This document shows, piece after piece, positions 36,388 through 44,719 of a stretch of 64,000 nt of DNA. This DNA is from Actinomycetota bacterium (lineage in GTDB: Bacteria; Actinomycetota; Aquicultoria; Aquicultorales; JAMCWL01): contig JAMCWL010000004.1 of the NCBI GenBank assembly GCA_023481285.1, positions 6,115 through 70,114 on the forward strand, read 5' to 3'. Position numbers and translations under genes: made by a program. Below the pieces are notes generated by a model that was not told where the DNA came from, made no database searches, and saw only the letters and a list, made by a program, of their open reading frames with translations. Positions within the stretch are counted from its first letter, which is position 1; the number at the start of each line of letters is the position of its first letter.

Positions 36388-36858
36388 CTATTCCATCGCG
36401 AGCTTGATCGCCTGAAACTCCTCGTCCGTGAGATTGTAGGGCGAGCTTCCTTTTTCAACCAGCTTGGCATAACTCCGGCTCTCGTGCCGGCCGTTTATCG
36501 TCGATAAGACCACACCGCTGCCGGCCGCGTCAAGAAGGGCTACCGAGAAGGATAATCGTCCAGCCGAATCGTCGAAGGCGTCGAAGCGAACCACGCCGAC
36601 CCCTTGCACCGCTCCTGTAAGACCCTTGGCGAGCGCCACCTGGCCATCTCTCAGGGCAGCGACTTCGCTCTTTGTCTCGACGTAAAGCCGGTTGAGCTCA
36701 TCGATCGCGCTCGCGACATCACTATCCTTACTTAAGGCCTTTACCGTTCTGTGTTTGGAGCCCAAGTTCCGAACGCGTACTGATAAGAAGACGACCCAGA
36801 GGGAGAGAAAACCGCTCAGGGCCAGGGAGGACAGTATTATGGCTTTCTCGGTTGGCAC
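36388..36858 (-). CDS. DUF4446-family membrane-anchored protein
   Basis: Start set at the GTG at 36858 (GGAGGGAAGG RBS), giving 156 aa with one N-terminal TM. The track's long N-terminal extension overlaps larC antisense and is discarded. Confidence 0.65.
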   Translation of the reverse strand: MPTEKAIILSSLALSGFLSLWVVFLSVRVRNLGSKHRTVKALSKDSDVASAIDELNRLYVETKSEVAALRDGQVALAKGLTGAVQGVGVVRFDAFDDSAGRLSFSVALLDAAGSGVVLSTINGRHESRSYAKLVEKGSSPYNLTDEEFQAIKLAME

Positions 36859-36972
36859 CCTTCCCTCCGCTCCTTCCAGGTCAAACCAAAATATCGCTTT
36901 GCATCTCCGATCAATTGACAAATAATTATACCTTAAGAAGCGACTTTTTTGCACGAGACAGGGGACCGACCG

Positions 36973-38142
36973 ATGGGCATGGCATATTTCGACTGTTTTT
37001 CCGGTATATCCGGCGATATGACCGTCGGCGCCCTCATCGACCTCGGTGCCCCTCTGGATAGAATCGAGCGCGAGCTTGCCAAAATCGCCCTTCCAGCCTT
37101 TGAAATCATGGCGGAGCCCGTAACGAGGGGCGCCATCGCGGCCACCAGGTTTACCGTTCGCGCCGAAGAAAAGGGGATCGTCCGAACCTGGACGAACATT
37201 CGCGAGCTCGTCGAGGAGAGCGAGCTGGATGACGATGTCAAAGCGAGGGCCATCGATATATTCCGAAGGTTGGCCGAGGCCGAAGCGAAAGTGCACCGCA
37301 AGACGCTGGAGACGGTCCACTTTCACGAAGTCGGCGCGACCGACGCGATAGTCGACGTCGTCTCGGCGAGCGTCGCCCTTAAAGCTCTTGGAATCGAGGA
37401 GGTGCGCTCATCGCCCGTAGCGACCGGGTTTGGCGTCGTCAAAACTGAGCATGGCCTAATTCCCCTGCCGGCGCCGGCTGTGGCGGAGATACTAGTCGGC
37501 GCTCCACTTTACTCGGCAAATGTCCAGGCGGAACTCGTAACCCCGACGGGCGCCGCAATACTTGCTTCGGCGACAACTTCATTTGGCGAGATGCCGATGG
37601 TGGAGCTGGAAGGCGTGGGCTACGGGGCCGGCGCGCGGGAGCTCGACCTCCCGAACGTTTTACGTGTTTTCTTAGGAAAGCTCGTATCACCGCTCGAAGA
37701 GGTCTCTCTCGTCGAAACGACCCTCGATACAGCCGACGGAGAGCTCCTCTCGTTCATGATGGAACGGCTTTTCGAAGCCGGGGCGGTCGACGCCTGGTTC
37801 ACACCGGTTTACATGAAAAAGGGAAGGCCGGGGGTGATCGTATCCGCGCTGACGTCCTCGGGGAAAGAGGAGGCGTTGGCCTCGGCGATGCTCGACGAAG
37901 GTTCAACACTTGGCGTTCGCTACTCAAGAAGCCGCCGGATAGTGGCCCAGAGGGAAGTCATCATGGTAAAGACCGCGTGGGGAGACGCTCGGGTCAAGGC
38001 CGGTCGCTACCGGGGCAAGATCATTTCAACGCGGCCGGAGTTCGACGATTGCCGGGCGATCGCCCTTAAAAGCGGATTGCCCCTTGATCGCGTGAGGCGT
38101 CTCGTCACCGACGAGGCGCGTAAATCTCTGGGGCTGACGTAG
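36973..38142 (+). CDS. larC: Nickel-pincer cofactor biosynthesis protein LarC (DUF111)
   Basis: MAYFDCFSGISGDM...HFHEVGATDAIVD signature of LarC. Confidence 0.85.
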   Translation: MGMAYFDCFSGISGDMTVGALIDLGAPLDRIERELAKIALPAFEIMAEPVTRGAIAATRFTVRAEEKGIVRTWTNIRELVEESELDDDVKARAIDIFRRLAEAEAKVHRKTLETVHFHEVGATDAIVDVVSASVALKALGIEEVRSSPVATGFGVVKTEHGLIPLPAPAVAEILVGAPLYSANVQAELVTPTGAAILASATTSFGEMPMVELEGVGYGAGARELDLPNVLRVFLGKLVSPLEEVSLVETTLDTADGELLSFMMERLFEAGAVDAWFTPVYMKKGRPGVIVSALTSSGKEEALASAMLDEGSTLGVRYSRSRRIVAQREVIMVKTAWGDARVKAGRYRGKIISTRPEFDDCRAIALKSGLPLDRVRRLVTDEARKSLGLT

Positions 38143-38854
38143 GAACGGCCAGATGATAGATGCGATACGGCCTGCCCAGAAGCGGCATGGCGACGTTCCT
38201 TACCGGAATTCCCCCGGCGGTTCTCGATATCTCCGAACCGTGGTGCGCGTGTCCGTGTATGACAAGGTCGGCGCCATAGCGGTCGATCGGCTCGGCGAGA
38301 ATCGACGTGCCGAGAAAGGGATATATCTCGAGAGGTTCTCCCTGCAGCGTCTCTCTGACGGGTGAGTAGTGAAGCACCACGACCTTGAAGTCGGTCTCTA
38401 GGGACTCGAGCCCCTCGCCGATTTTTGCGGCTTCGAACGACGCCTCGCGATACATGTTCTTGAAAATCTGCTCGCCGAAATCGGGTATCGTTCGCATGCC
38501 AAAACCGCCGCCAAACCCCTTGGTGCCCGTCAGGCCTACCGTTAGGCCATTGATTGAGAGCTCGATCGCTCCACCATCGAGGATGATTACACCATAACCG
38601 GCCAGGAGCATGGCGAAATTGCCCTCGTTGCCATCGTGAAAATCGTGGTTGCCGAGGACGGCGACGATAGGGACGTCAACGGTTGAAAGTTCGCGCAGCA
38701 AGACGGCGGCCTCTCCTAAACGCCCGTGCTGAGTAAGATCGCCGGTCAGGATGAGCATATCCGCCTCCTCATTGACCCGGTTTAAGGCGGGCTTGATCAT
38801 TCCCGCCGATATTTCCTGCATGTGGAGATCTCCGACTGCGGCAATCCGGACCAC
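38105..38854 (-). CDS. Calcineurin-like metallophosphoesterase
   Basis: 249 aa. GDLH, GDLTQHG, GNHD, and GHAHH motifs in canonical order. Confidence 0.8.
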   Translation of the reverse strand: MVRIAAVGDLHMQEISAGMIKPALNRVNEEADMLILTGDLTQHGRLGEAAVLLRELSTVDVPIVAVLGNHDFHDGNEGNFAMLLAGYGVIILDGGAIELSINGLTVGLTGTKGFGGGFGMRTIPDFGEQIFKNMYREASFEAAKIGEGLESLETDFKVVVLHYSPVRETLQGEPLEIYPFLGTSILAEPIDRYGADLVIHGHAHHGSEISRTAGGIPVRNVAMPLLGRPYRIYHLAVPTSAPEIYAPRR

Positions 38855-39211
38855 GCTACACCGCCTCTCTTTGTGCAGCTATTTTACCCGCGCGATAAGG
38901 CTGAAGCCTGGGGGCGATATAACACTTGGAACAACGGCTTGATCTTCTCGCTGGTGGCTGATATGAATTCTCGTACTATACTTGGTAGCAGCTATGCAGC
39001 GCGGCCCTTTGTGAAGCGACTCCCGTCTCTACATCAAGAAGATGGCGCGGAAACATTCTAAAAAACTAAGCCGCCAAAAGTGCCCTTTATTTTGGTGGAG
39101 CAGATAGGACGCAACTTGAACCGGGATTTGCTGGATAAACTAGTAAAGCATGTCGCTGAGCTGAAATTACCCTAAGCGAGAGGCAGATTTTTCGCCTTTT
39201 AAGCCTCTTGA

Positions 39212-39361
39212 ATTCAGGACATTATTCGGGACATTTTTTCGATATTCAGGACATTTAGCAGGTAAATCGCTACGTCTTTGTTATCAAGAAAACGGTAAAA
39301 AAGACTAATTCCAACAATATTCAGGACATTATTCGGGACATTTTTGCCGGATTCAGGACAT
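39212..39361. repeat. Six copies of the 11-mer ATTC[A/G]GGACAT in two near-identical 43-bp blocks
   Basis: Copies start at 39212, 39224, 39244 (block A) and at 39319, 39331, 39351 (block B). Start-to-start spacing is 12 and 20 nt in both blocks. Confidence 0.8.
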
Positions 39362-39387
39362 TCACCTGCTCAAGGTATAAGTTGCGG

Positions 39388-40776
39388 CTATTCCGAAGCC
39401 CTATATTGTATGTTCCTGCTGCCACCTGTTTTTTGAACAAATTCGGTTCCGGTCAACAAAGTTAAGTCCCTCGTGGCCGTCTTGCTTGTTACTCCAAAGA
39501 GTTCCCGATAAGTTTTGTTAGTCAAAACTTTCCTCTCATTAACCATAAGCGCCAGCGCCTTGACTTGCCGCTCATTGAGCCCGAGCGCTTTCAGGTCGGT
39601 TACTCCTTCTTCCGGTACTAGATCAAGAATATGGTCGCCTGGACCATAGAAGGTGATTATAAAGTGCTCGGCTTTTTCCTGAATCTTGGGTACTCTTAGG
39701 CCGTGGCCTTTCATCCAATTCTTCATCTTGGTAATGCCCGTGCCATACTCTTCCATCTCATCGATATCATGGAAGCGCTCACAAAGGATATCGTTTCTCG
39801 GCCGGTGCTTTCCTTCGAGATTCTTGATGTCAATCCCTTCTGGTAGACCGCCCGGGCTTTGGACTTCTACCCGATCATCAAAGATCATGACTTGGGTGGA
39901 ACCAGACATTCTATAGTCTCGATGAACGAGGGCATTGACCATCGCTTCCCTTAGGGCTTTATACGGGTATTCGTAGATTGATGTGCCTCTAAAGCCAACT
40001 ACCTTGTGGGCTCTTCGAGTGTTTCTTCTGATGAACCTCTCGGCCTCATCAAGCATCTCGGGCAATGTACCTTCAAGCTCTGCTCTGTCGATAAACTCGA
40101 GTCTGGTTGTCCCCTTAAAACGGGCCATCTTGAGCTGGCTTCTCGAAAGAAACTGTTGTGGTTCCTTGCCGAAAAACAAAATCCCTGCCCAGGTGGGAAC
40201 TAAATCACCCGTCAAGCAATTGAGATTTATAAGGATTTGCTCGATGCTGGCTTTTGGAATAGATAAATTCCTGACCTCAGCCCTTCTTTTTAAAAACCAA
40301 TCGACTTTTTCTCTATCGATGTCGTCAGAAGTTGCATCTTCTACTGGCGCTATATCAAAAGCTGGCATATTTTTCCTAAATAGCCTTTTTAATTCTTCGC
40401 GTTTCATTTGGACGGTGGTCTTGCCTACTCGCTTATATGGCTTGCCGAATGCCATATACGGCTGGCTGGTGCCTTTACCGACTTTTACCGTCACCAATGT
40501 CTTTCCGTCGATCGTAACAAGGTCAATACTGGGATAGATTTGAGGCTCCGTATTGCCCACTATCTTATTCGACATTTGCTCGACGTTGTTCTGGCCGATA
40601 TCAATTCCGACTAAAGAGCCATTGTTCCCGACGCCGAAGATAACAATACCGCCGTTTGCATTGGCAAAAGCAACTAAAGTTTGAATCGCTCGGTCAATTT
40701 CGGCAAAGGAGCGCTTGAATTCAACTTTTTCGCTCTCGCCCTCTTTAACTACTCTGAGCAGCTCTTTTTTATCCAT
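39388..40776 (-). CDS. AlbA_2 (Schlafen-type) domain / HATPase_c_4 / C-terminal wHTH protein (COG2865-like putative regulator)
   Basis: 462 aa. N-terminal ESEKVEFKRSF...LVAFANANGGIVIFGV (AlbA_2), central ALREAMVNALVHRDY (HATPase_c_4), C-terminal HTH LTNKTYRELFGVTSKTATRDL. Confidence 0.8.
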   Translation of the reverse strand: MDKKELLRVVKEGESEKVEFKRSFAEIDRAIQTLVAFANANGGIVIFGVGNNGSLVGIDIGQNNVEQMSNKIVGNTEPQIYPSIDLVTIDGKTLVTVKVGKGTSQPYMAFGKPYKRVGKTTVQMKREELKRLFRKNMPAFDIAPVEDATSDDIDREKVDWFLKRRAEVRNLSIPKASIEQILINLNCLTGDLVPTWAGILFFGKEPQQFLSRSQLKMARFKGTTRLEFIDRAELEGTLPEMLDEAERFIRRNTRRAHKVVGFRGTSIYEYPYKALREAMVNALVHRDYRMSGSTQVMIFDDRVEVQSPGGLPEGIDIKNLEGKHRPRNDILCERFHDIDEMEEYGTGITKMKNWMKGHGLRVPKIQEKAEHFIITFYGPGDHILDLVPEEGVTDLKALGLNERQVKALALMVNERKVLTNKTYRELFGVTSKTATRDLTLLTGTEFVQKTGGSRNIQYRASE

Positions 40777-40931
40777 AATTAAATTCTAGCCTGAATCAGT
40801 GGTTGGTACAATATGAAAAGGCTGGTTGAGGGCGTCGAAAAAAGAACTCGGGAAATCAACGAAATCCCATTGGGCAATGCTTATTTACTAAGTCCAAGGT
40901 TGTTTGCCTGTTCTTTTTTATCTTGAGATAT

Positions 40932-42233
40932 TTAATCGAACGCATGAAAGATGACGTCGAATATCGCCCTCAAACCTTGCCAATCGGCAGCAATCATTTC
41001 CGACTGAGAGGTTCTACAGCGCTTTAGCTTTTTCTGGAGCGCTTCATGAATCGTTTCCTTATGCATCACCTCGCCTTGATATTTGTTCAACTTCTCCACG
41101 AAACCTTTCCATTGGACCGGGAACTTGCCATCACCATTAGTTAAAACATCCTCACCCAAATAAAGTTCTATGCTAGCGGCACGGCCATTAACATCAAGTT
41201 CTACACGACCTCCTGGGCCGATTGTGGGATAGCTCTTGAGTAAATCGAGATTTGGATAATTGCAAATAGAGATGTTCGACGGCAGTTTAATTGCAGTTAG
41301 GGAACGTCTTGCATCAAACGCCGCAGCATCGTTATCAAAGATGGCAATTATTCGATTTGTAATTCCAGCAGCGGCAAATGCCTTAACAATCGCAACAAGA
41401 CTGCCAGCACCGCCTTGAGATCGAAAGGAAGCGATATCTAGAAACGAATAATATTCGGCTAGGTGAGGATAAAGCAACGCAAGGCCCTCCCTTAAAATCT
41501 CCACGTCGGTAGAACCTTCTGTAAGAATTATTCGCAACGAGTTCTCTGTGTGTCTCTCTGTTAAGGACTCGATGGATTTCCGACATACTGGTTCGTCTTC
41601 GACATAATAGCCAGCGTGAACCACCTCAGTAATGTCCTGAACAACTTCAGAGTTTGGTGCTGCCAATTCACAAGCCAAGCGCAATAACGAACGGATGTCC
41701 GAAGCAAAAAATCCAAGCTCAAAGTCTTCATGCTCGTCATCTAAAACTATGTATTTTGTCAGAGGATCTAGCTGATTCTCGTCTTCTTTTTCAAGGAACC
41801 AAAATACCAGCTTGTCGTCCATTACTTTTCTGAGACCTTCCGCATACTCGTCAAAGGTCAGCTTTTTAACGAACTTCCACTCATCAACAAACCAATCCAA
41901 TTCTTGATTTTCTTCTGCCCCATGCTGCAACTCCTCAAGCTTTTGCGCACGAATCGCTTTGAAATCTTCTTTTATTCGCCGAATAGTAAAACCCATGATA
42001 TTGAGACGATCAATGACTTTTGTAGTATCGCTCTGGTATACCACGGCTCTTTCGTGAGTCTCGCGGTCTGGCTCCTTTGGTTCACCCCATATAACAGGAT
42101 TTCTCTCTGATAGCTTCCGATCGAAAATGCACTTGTCCGACTCTCGAAAAATAGTCATCGCTTCAGGAACAACCGTGCTCTTTGTTAGAAGCACCGGGTA
42201 ACCTGCTATCGAAAGTTCAGTATACGATCCCAT
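40932..42233 (-). CDS. Toprim-domain protein with HEPN/Toprim-associated-like N-terminal domain (putative nuclease effector)
   Basis: 433 aa. N-terminus MGSYTELSIAGYPVLLTKS...IFRESDK. Toprim Glu in RIILTEGSTD (E239) and DxD in IAIFDNDAAAFD (D300/D302). Confidence 0.6.
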   Translation of the reverse strand: MGSYTELSIAGYPVLLTKSTVVPEAMTIFRESDKCIFDRKLSERNPVIWGEPKEPDRETHERAVVYQSDTTKVIDRLNIMGFTIRRIKEDFKAIRAQKLEELQHGAEENQELDWFVDEWKFVKKLTFDEYAEGLRKVMDDKLVFWFLEKEDENQLDPLTKYIVLDDEHEDFELGFFASDIRSLLRLACELAAPNSEVVQDITEVVHAGYYVEDEPVCRKSIESLTERHTENSLRIILTEGSTDVEILREGLALLYPHLAEYYSFLDIASFRSQGGAGSLVAIVKAFAAAGITNRIIAIFDNDAAAFDARRSLTAIKLPSNISICNYPNLDLLKSYPTIGPGGRVELDVNGRAASIELYLGEDVLTNGDGKFPVQWKGFVEKLNKYQGEVMHKETIHEALQKKLKRCRTSQSEMIAADWQGLRAIFDVIFHAFD

Positions 42234-42265
42234 GGCATCACCATCTCTAACACGCGTTTCATTAT

Positions 42266-43141
42266 TTAGATGGAAACCTTCTGCAGCGTTTTGGATATTT
42301 CATCAAGTGCTTCCTCGACCATATCAAGATATGTTTCAGCTTTCAGTGCTCCGAGGCACCAAGTAAAAATCGACAGGAAATCAATCTTTGTCTTATTTGT
42401 CGAAAAAATATCAAGAAGAAGAGGGAGAAAGCAGTCGTTCCGGGTGCGACCAACAGCATGAACAAACTCTATGGGGTAAGCAAGAGCAATTTCAGAAACC
42501 AACGCTAGCTCGCTGTTTGCTTCAAGCAATGCTTGGATAACCCTAGCGCGCCAATACTCCTCATCAAGTTCTTCGAGGATTCTTTCGATCGGTAACCTTA
42601 ATAACGCATCAGGATTTCGGGCTATAAGTTGAAGGTATTCTTGGTCGCCGTGCTCTTGGTAGAGCACCCAGAGATGGCACCCTAGACTAGGCGTTACTCC
42701 TGCTTTCTTGAATGCATCGAAGGCCATCTGGCGGCGGGCCTTTCTTGTGTGAGTAAAAAATGGCCCTGCAATATCTTCAGCAAATTCCGCATCCAGACGT
42801 TTGAGAATTCGACTCGCATACCTGTCGATTTGCGCCTTGCTTTTCGATGGAAAAGTCTCGGCTCTTTCCAATAGCGACTTTAATGCTGGTGCAAGCAATG
42901 ATTGCTCTTCTTTGGTAAGGCTTAGCTGACATAGACAGTCGACTATTTGGGCAGCGTTTTGAGTGCGTTCTAGCTCGCGAAGATTCCAAACTAGATCAGT
43001 AAAGGGCATACATCGAACTCGAGCCATATTGAGAGCATTGTAGATTTGGGGAGCCACAGACTCGAAGTGCAGTCGTTCAAATTCTTTGTCACCTAAGTCG
43101 GCGCGTAGCCTAATTTCAAGCTCGTGACTAAGCGTCATCAA
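42266..43141 (-). CDS. Hypothetical all-alpha protein, partner of the Toprim gene
   Basis: 291 aa, helix-rich by composition, with no motif I recognise. AGGAGG RBS at 43150-43155. 32-nt gap to the downstream gene. Confidence 0.55.
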   Translation of the reverse strand: MMTLSHELEIRLRADLGDKEFERLHFESVAPQIYNALNMARVRCMPFTDLVWNLRELERTQNAAQIVDCLCQLSLTKEEQSLLAPALKSLLERAETFPSKSKAQIDRYASRILKRLDAEFAEDIAGPFFTHTRKARRQMAFDAFKKAGVTPSLGCHLWVLYQEHGDQEYLQLIARNPDALLRLPIERILEELDEEYWRARVIQALLEANSELALVSEIALAYPIEFVHAVGRTRNDCFLPLLLDIFSTNKTKIDFLSIFTWCLGALKAETYLDMVEEALDEISKTLQKVSI

Positions 43142-43174
43142 AGCACTCGCCTCCTGAGCGCCAGTACAATCATC

Positions 43175-43183
43175 ATTATACCA
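43175..43183 (-). promoter_or_regulatory. Extended -10 promoter (TGgTATAAT) for the two-gene module
   Basis: The minus strand reads TGGTATAAT about 34 nt upstream of the start codon. The -35 is weak. Confidence 0.5.
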
Positions 43184-43304
43184 ACCGCTTGCCCATGATC
43201 TATTTAGGTAATATGCTTGATACTAGCATTGTTTTCCCCAAGGAGGCGATCGATTTGGCAGTGAAGGATCAGGAAATCAGCGACAAGGAATTCAGCACCG
43301 ATTT

Positions 43305-43322
43305 CTATCCAATATTGGATAG
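43305..43322. promoter_or_regulatory. Perfect 18-bp palindrome CTATCCAATATTGGATAG
   Basis: Exact palindrome 21 nt from the tRNA-Leu 3' end and upstream of the module promoter. Confidence 0.5.
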
Positions 43323-43342
43323 AAGTTCAAGTAAGATGCAAC

Positions 43343-43429
43343 TGGTGGGCGAGGGGGGACTTGAACCCCCATGGGCTTAAGCCCACTAGGTCCTGAACCT
43401 AGCGCGTCTGCCGATTCCGCCACTCGCCC
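43343..43429 (-). tRNA. tRNA-Leu (anticodon CAG), CCA encoded
   Basis: Minus strand: acceptor GGGCGAG/CTCGCCC, anticodon stem CTAGG/CCTAG with loop TTCAGGA, long variable arm, T-loop GGGTTCAAGTCCC, terminal ACCA. Confidence 0.9.
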
Positions 43430-43566
43430 GTGATATGCGGGATTATAACACGTTTAAGTCCACCGCGTAATCGAAGTTGATGTTGTAATGCACCGCTTGG
43501 CCTTTTCTCTTATAATTATCGTATTGCTTGCCCTGGTCGCGCCGGGGCGCAGGAGGTCTTTCGAAA

Positions 43567-44319
43567 ATGAGCCTGATTAGGGAGCTCGAGCGCCGCTTCG
43601 AAACGATTCTTGAGGGCTTTTTCGCCCGCCAGTTCAGATCCGGCGTACAGCCGATCGAGGTTGCGAAGAAGCTCGCTCGTGAGATGGACGACAATCGCAC
43701 GGTTAGCGTGAGCAAGATCTACGCACCGAATACGTACATCGTCCTGGTGAGCCCGGCCGATGCTGAAAGGCTCTTGCCCTTCAAGGCCAAGTTATGCGAG
43801 GAATTCTCCGACTTTTTGACCGCCCACGCACAGCGCGAAAGTTACGCGATTATCGGGCGCCCGACCGTCGAGATCGAGGCCGGAGAAGGGCTGGGCCTGG
43901 GCGTCTTCAAAATCGAAAGCTCCCTTGTCGACCGCACCGAAGAAGGTGATCGACACGTCGAAAAGGAAGATTCAAAAAGCGAGCCCGATCTCCCGGTCGA
44001 CGGAACCAGGGTAATGAAAGCTCTCCGCCCGGAAGCAACGCTCCAGTTTCCGGATGCCAAAAAGGTTTATCCTCTCTCCGCGGAGCGAACGACGATCGGC
44101 CGCGCCGCGGCGAATGACGTCGTCATCCCGGACCAGAGTGTCTCCAGGCGCCATGCCGAAATCGTTCGGATGGGTAACGAGCGGATTCTCCGAGATCTGA
44201 GCAGCCGCAACGGAACATTTCTGAACGGCCACAAAGTCTACGAGCACACCCTAAAAAGCGGCGATAAAATCAGGATCGGTCTCACCACCCTGATTTTCCG
44301 GAGAGAGCCCGGTGTTTAA
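43567..44319 (+). CDS. fhaA: FhaA-like protein (DUF3662 N-domain plus C-terminal FHA)
   Basis: MSLIRELERRFETILEGFFARQFRSGVQPIEVAKKL (DUF3662) and FHA core TIGRAAANDVVIPDQSVSRRHAEI...NGTFLNG. AGGAGG RBS before 43567. Confidence 0.85.
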   Translation: MSLIRELERRFETILEGFFARQFRSGVQPIEVAKKLAREMDDNRTVSVSKIYAPNTYIVLVSPADAERLLPFKAKLCEEFSDFLTAHAQRESYAIIGRPTVEIEAGEGLGLGVFKIESSLVDRTEEGDRHVEKEDSKSEPDLPVDGTRVMKALRPEATLQFPDAKKVYPLSAERTTIGRAAANDVVIPDQSVSRRHAEIVRMGNERILRDLSSRNGTFLNGHKVYEHTLKSGDKIRIGLTTLIFRREPGV

Positions 44320-44719
44320 TATCGCGATCACCACACTGAAGTTCACTTTGCTCGTCGGCTTATACACCTTCCTCTTTGTGGTCCTGCGAACGATCTACCT
44401 GGATATGGCCGTGGAGAGGCGGGCTTTCGCCCCGCGCCTCATCGGTCTGAAGGGTGCGGCAGCAAGGGGGTCAAACTTTCCTCTCTCTGGAGAGAGCATC
44501 GTCATAGGGCGTGAGGTCGACGGGGGACTCTCGCTTCCCGATCCTTACATCTCCAACCGCCATGTCAGGTTGTTTACAGAGGGCAACGGCTATGCTATCG
44601 AGGACCTCGGGAGCACCAACGGGGCCTATTTGAACGGCCGTCGCCTGACCGATGTTGAGAAGTTGAAGTCCGGCGACCGCATCAGGCTGGGCGAAACGAT
44701 CTTTCAATATATGGAGTGA
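44312..44719 (+). CDS. fhaB: FhaB/FipA-like membrane-anchored FHA-domain protein
   Basis: 135 aa. N-terminal TM, then FHA core VIGREVDGGLSLPDPYISNRHVRL...NGAYLNG. Overlaps its neighbours. Confidence 0.8.
   Translation: MFNIAITTLKFTLLVGLYTFLFVVLRTIYLDMAVERRAFAPRLIGLKGAAARGSNFPLSGESIVIGREVDGGLSLPDPYISNRHVRLFTEGNGYAIEDLGSTNGAYLNGRRLTDVEKLKSGDRIRLGETIFQYME

Larger units (their letters stand above)
39093..43343. mobile_element. Candidate tRNA-Leu-associated genomic islet (no recombinase gene present)
   Basis: An AT-richer block starts exactly at the 3' end of tRNA-Leu (43343). The far edge carries TGGTGGAGCAGATAGGACGCAACTTGAACC (39093-39122), a degenerate copy of the tRNA 3' end TGGTGGGCGAGGGGGGACTTGAACC. 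Confidence 0.4.

Noticed and set aside
36859-37326. Long N-terminal extension of the DUF4446 ORF (track 36388..37326).
   Set aside because: The extension runs antisense through the well-supported larC gene and has no homology signal. A GTG with a strong RBS at 36858 gives the normal family length.
39212-39361. Repeated ATTCAGGACAT units as a CRISPR array.
   Set aside because: The units are only 11 nt, spaced 1-9 nt apart in two duplicated blocks. There are no unique spacers of 25-40 nt and no cas genes.
43189-43380. A 63-aa plus-strand ORF upstream of fhaA.
   Set aside because: It runs through the promoter/palindrome region of the islet and into tRNA-Leu. It has no RBS, and its C-terminus is just the tRNA read as protein.
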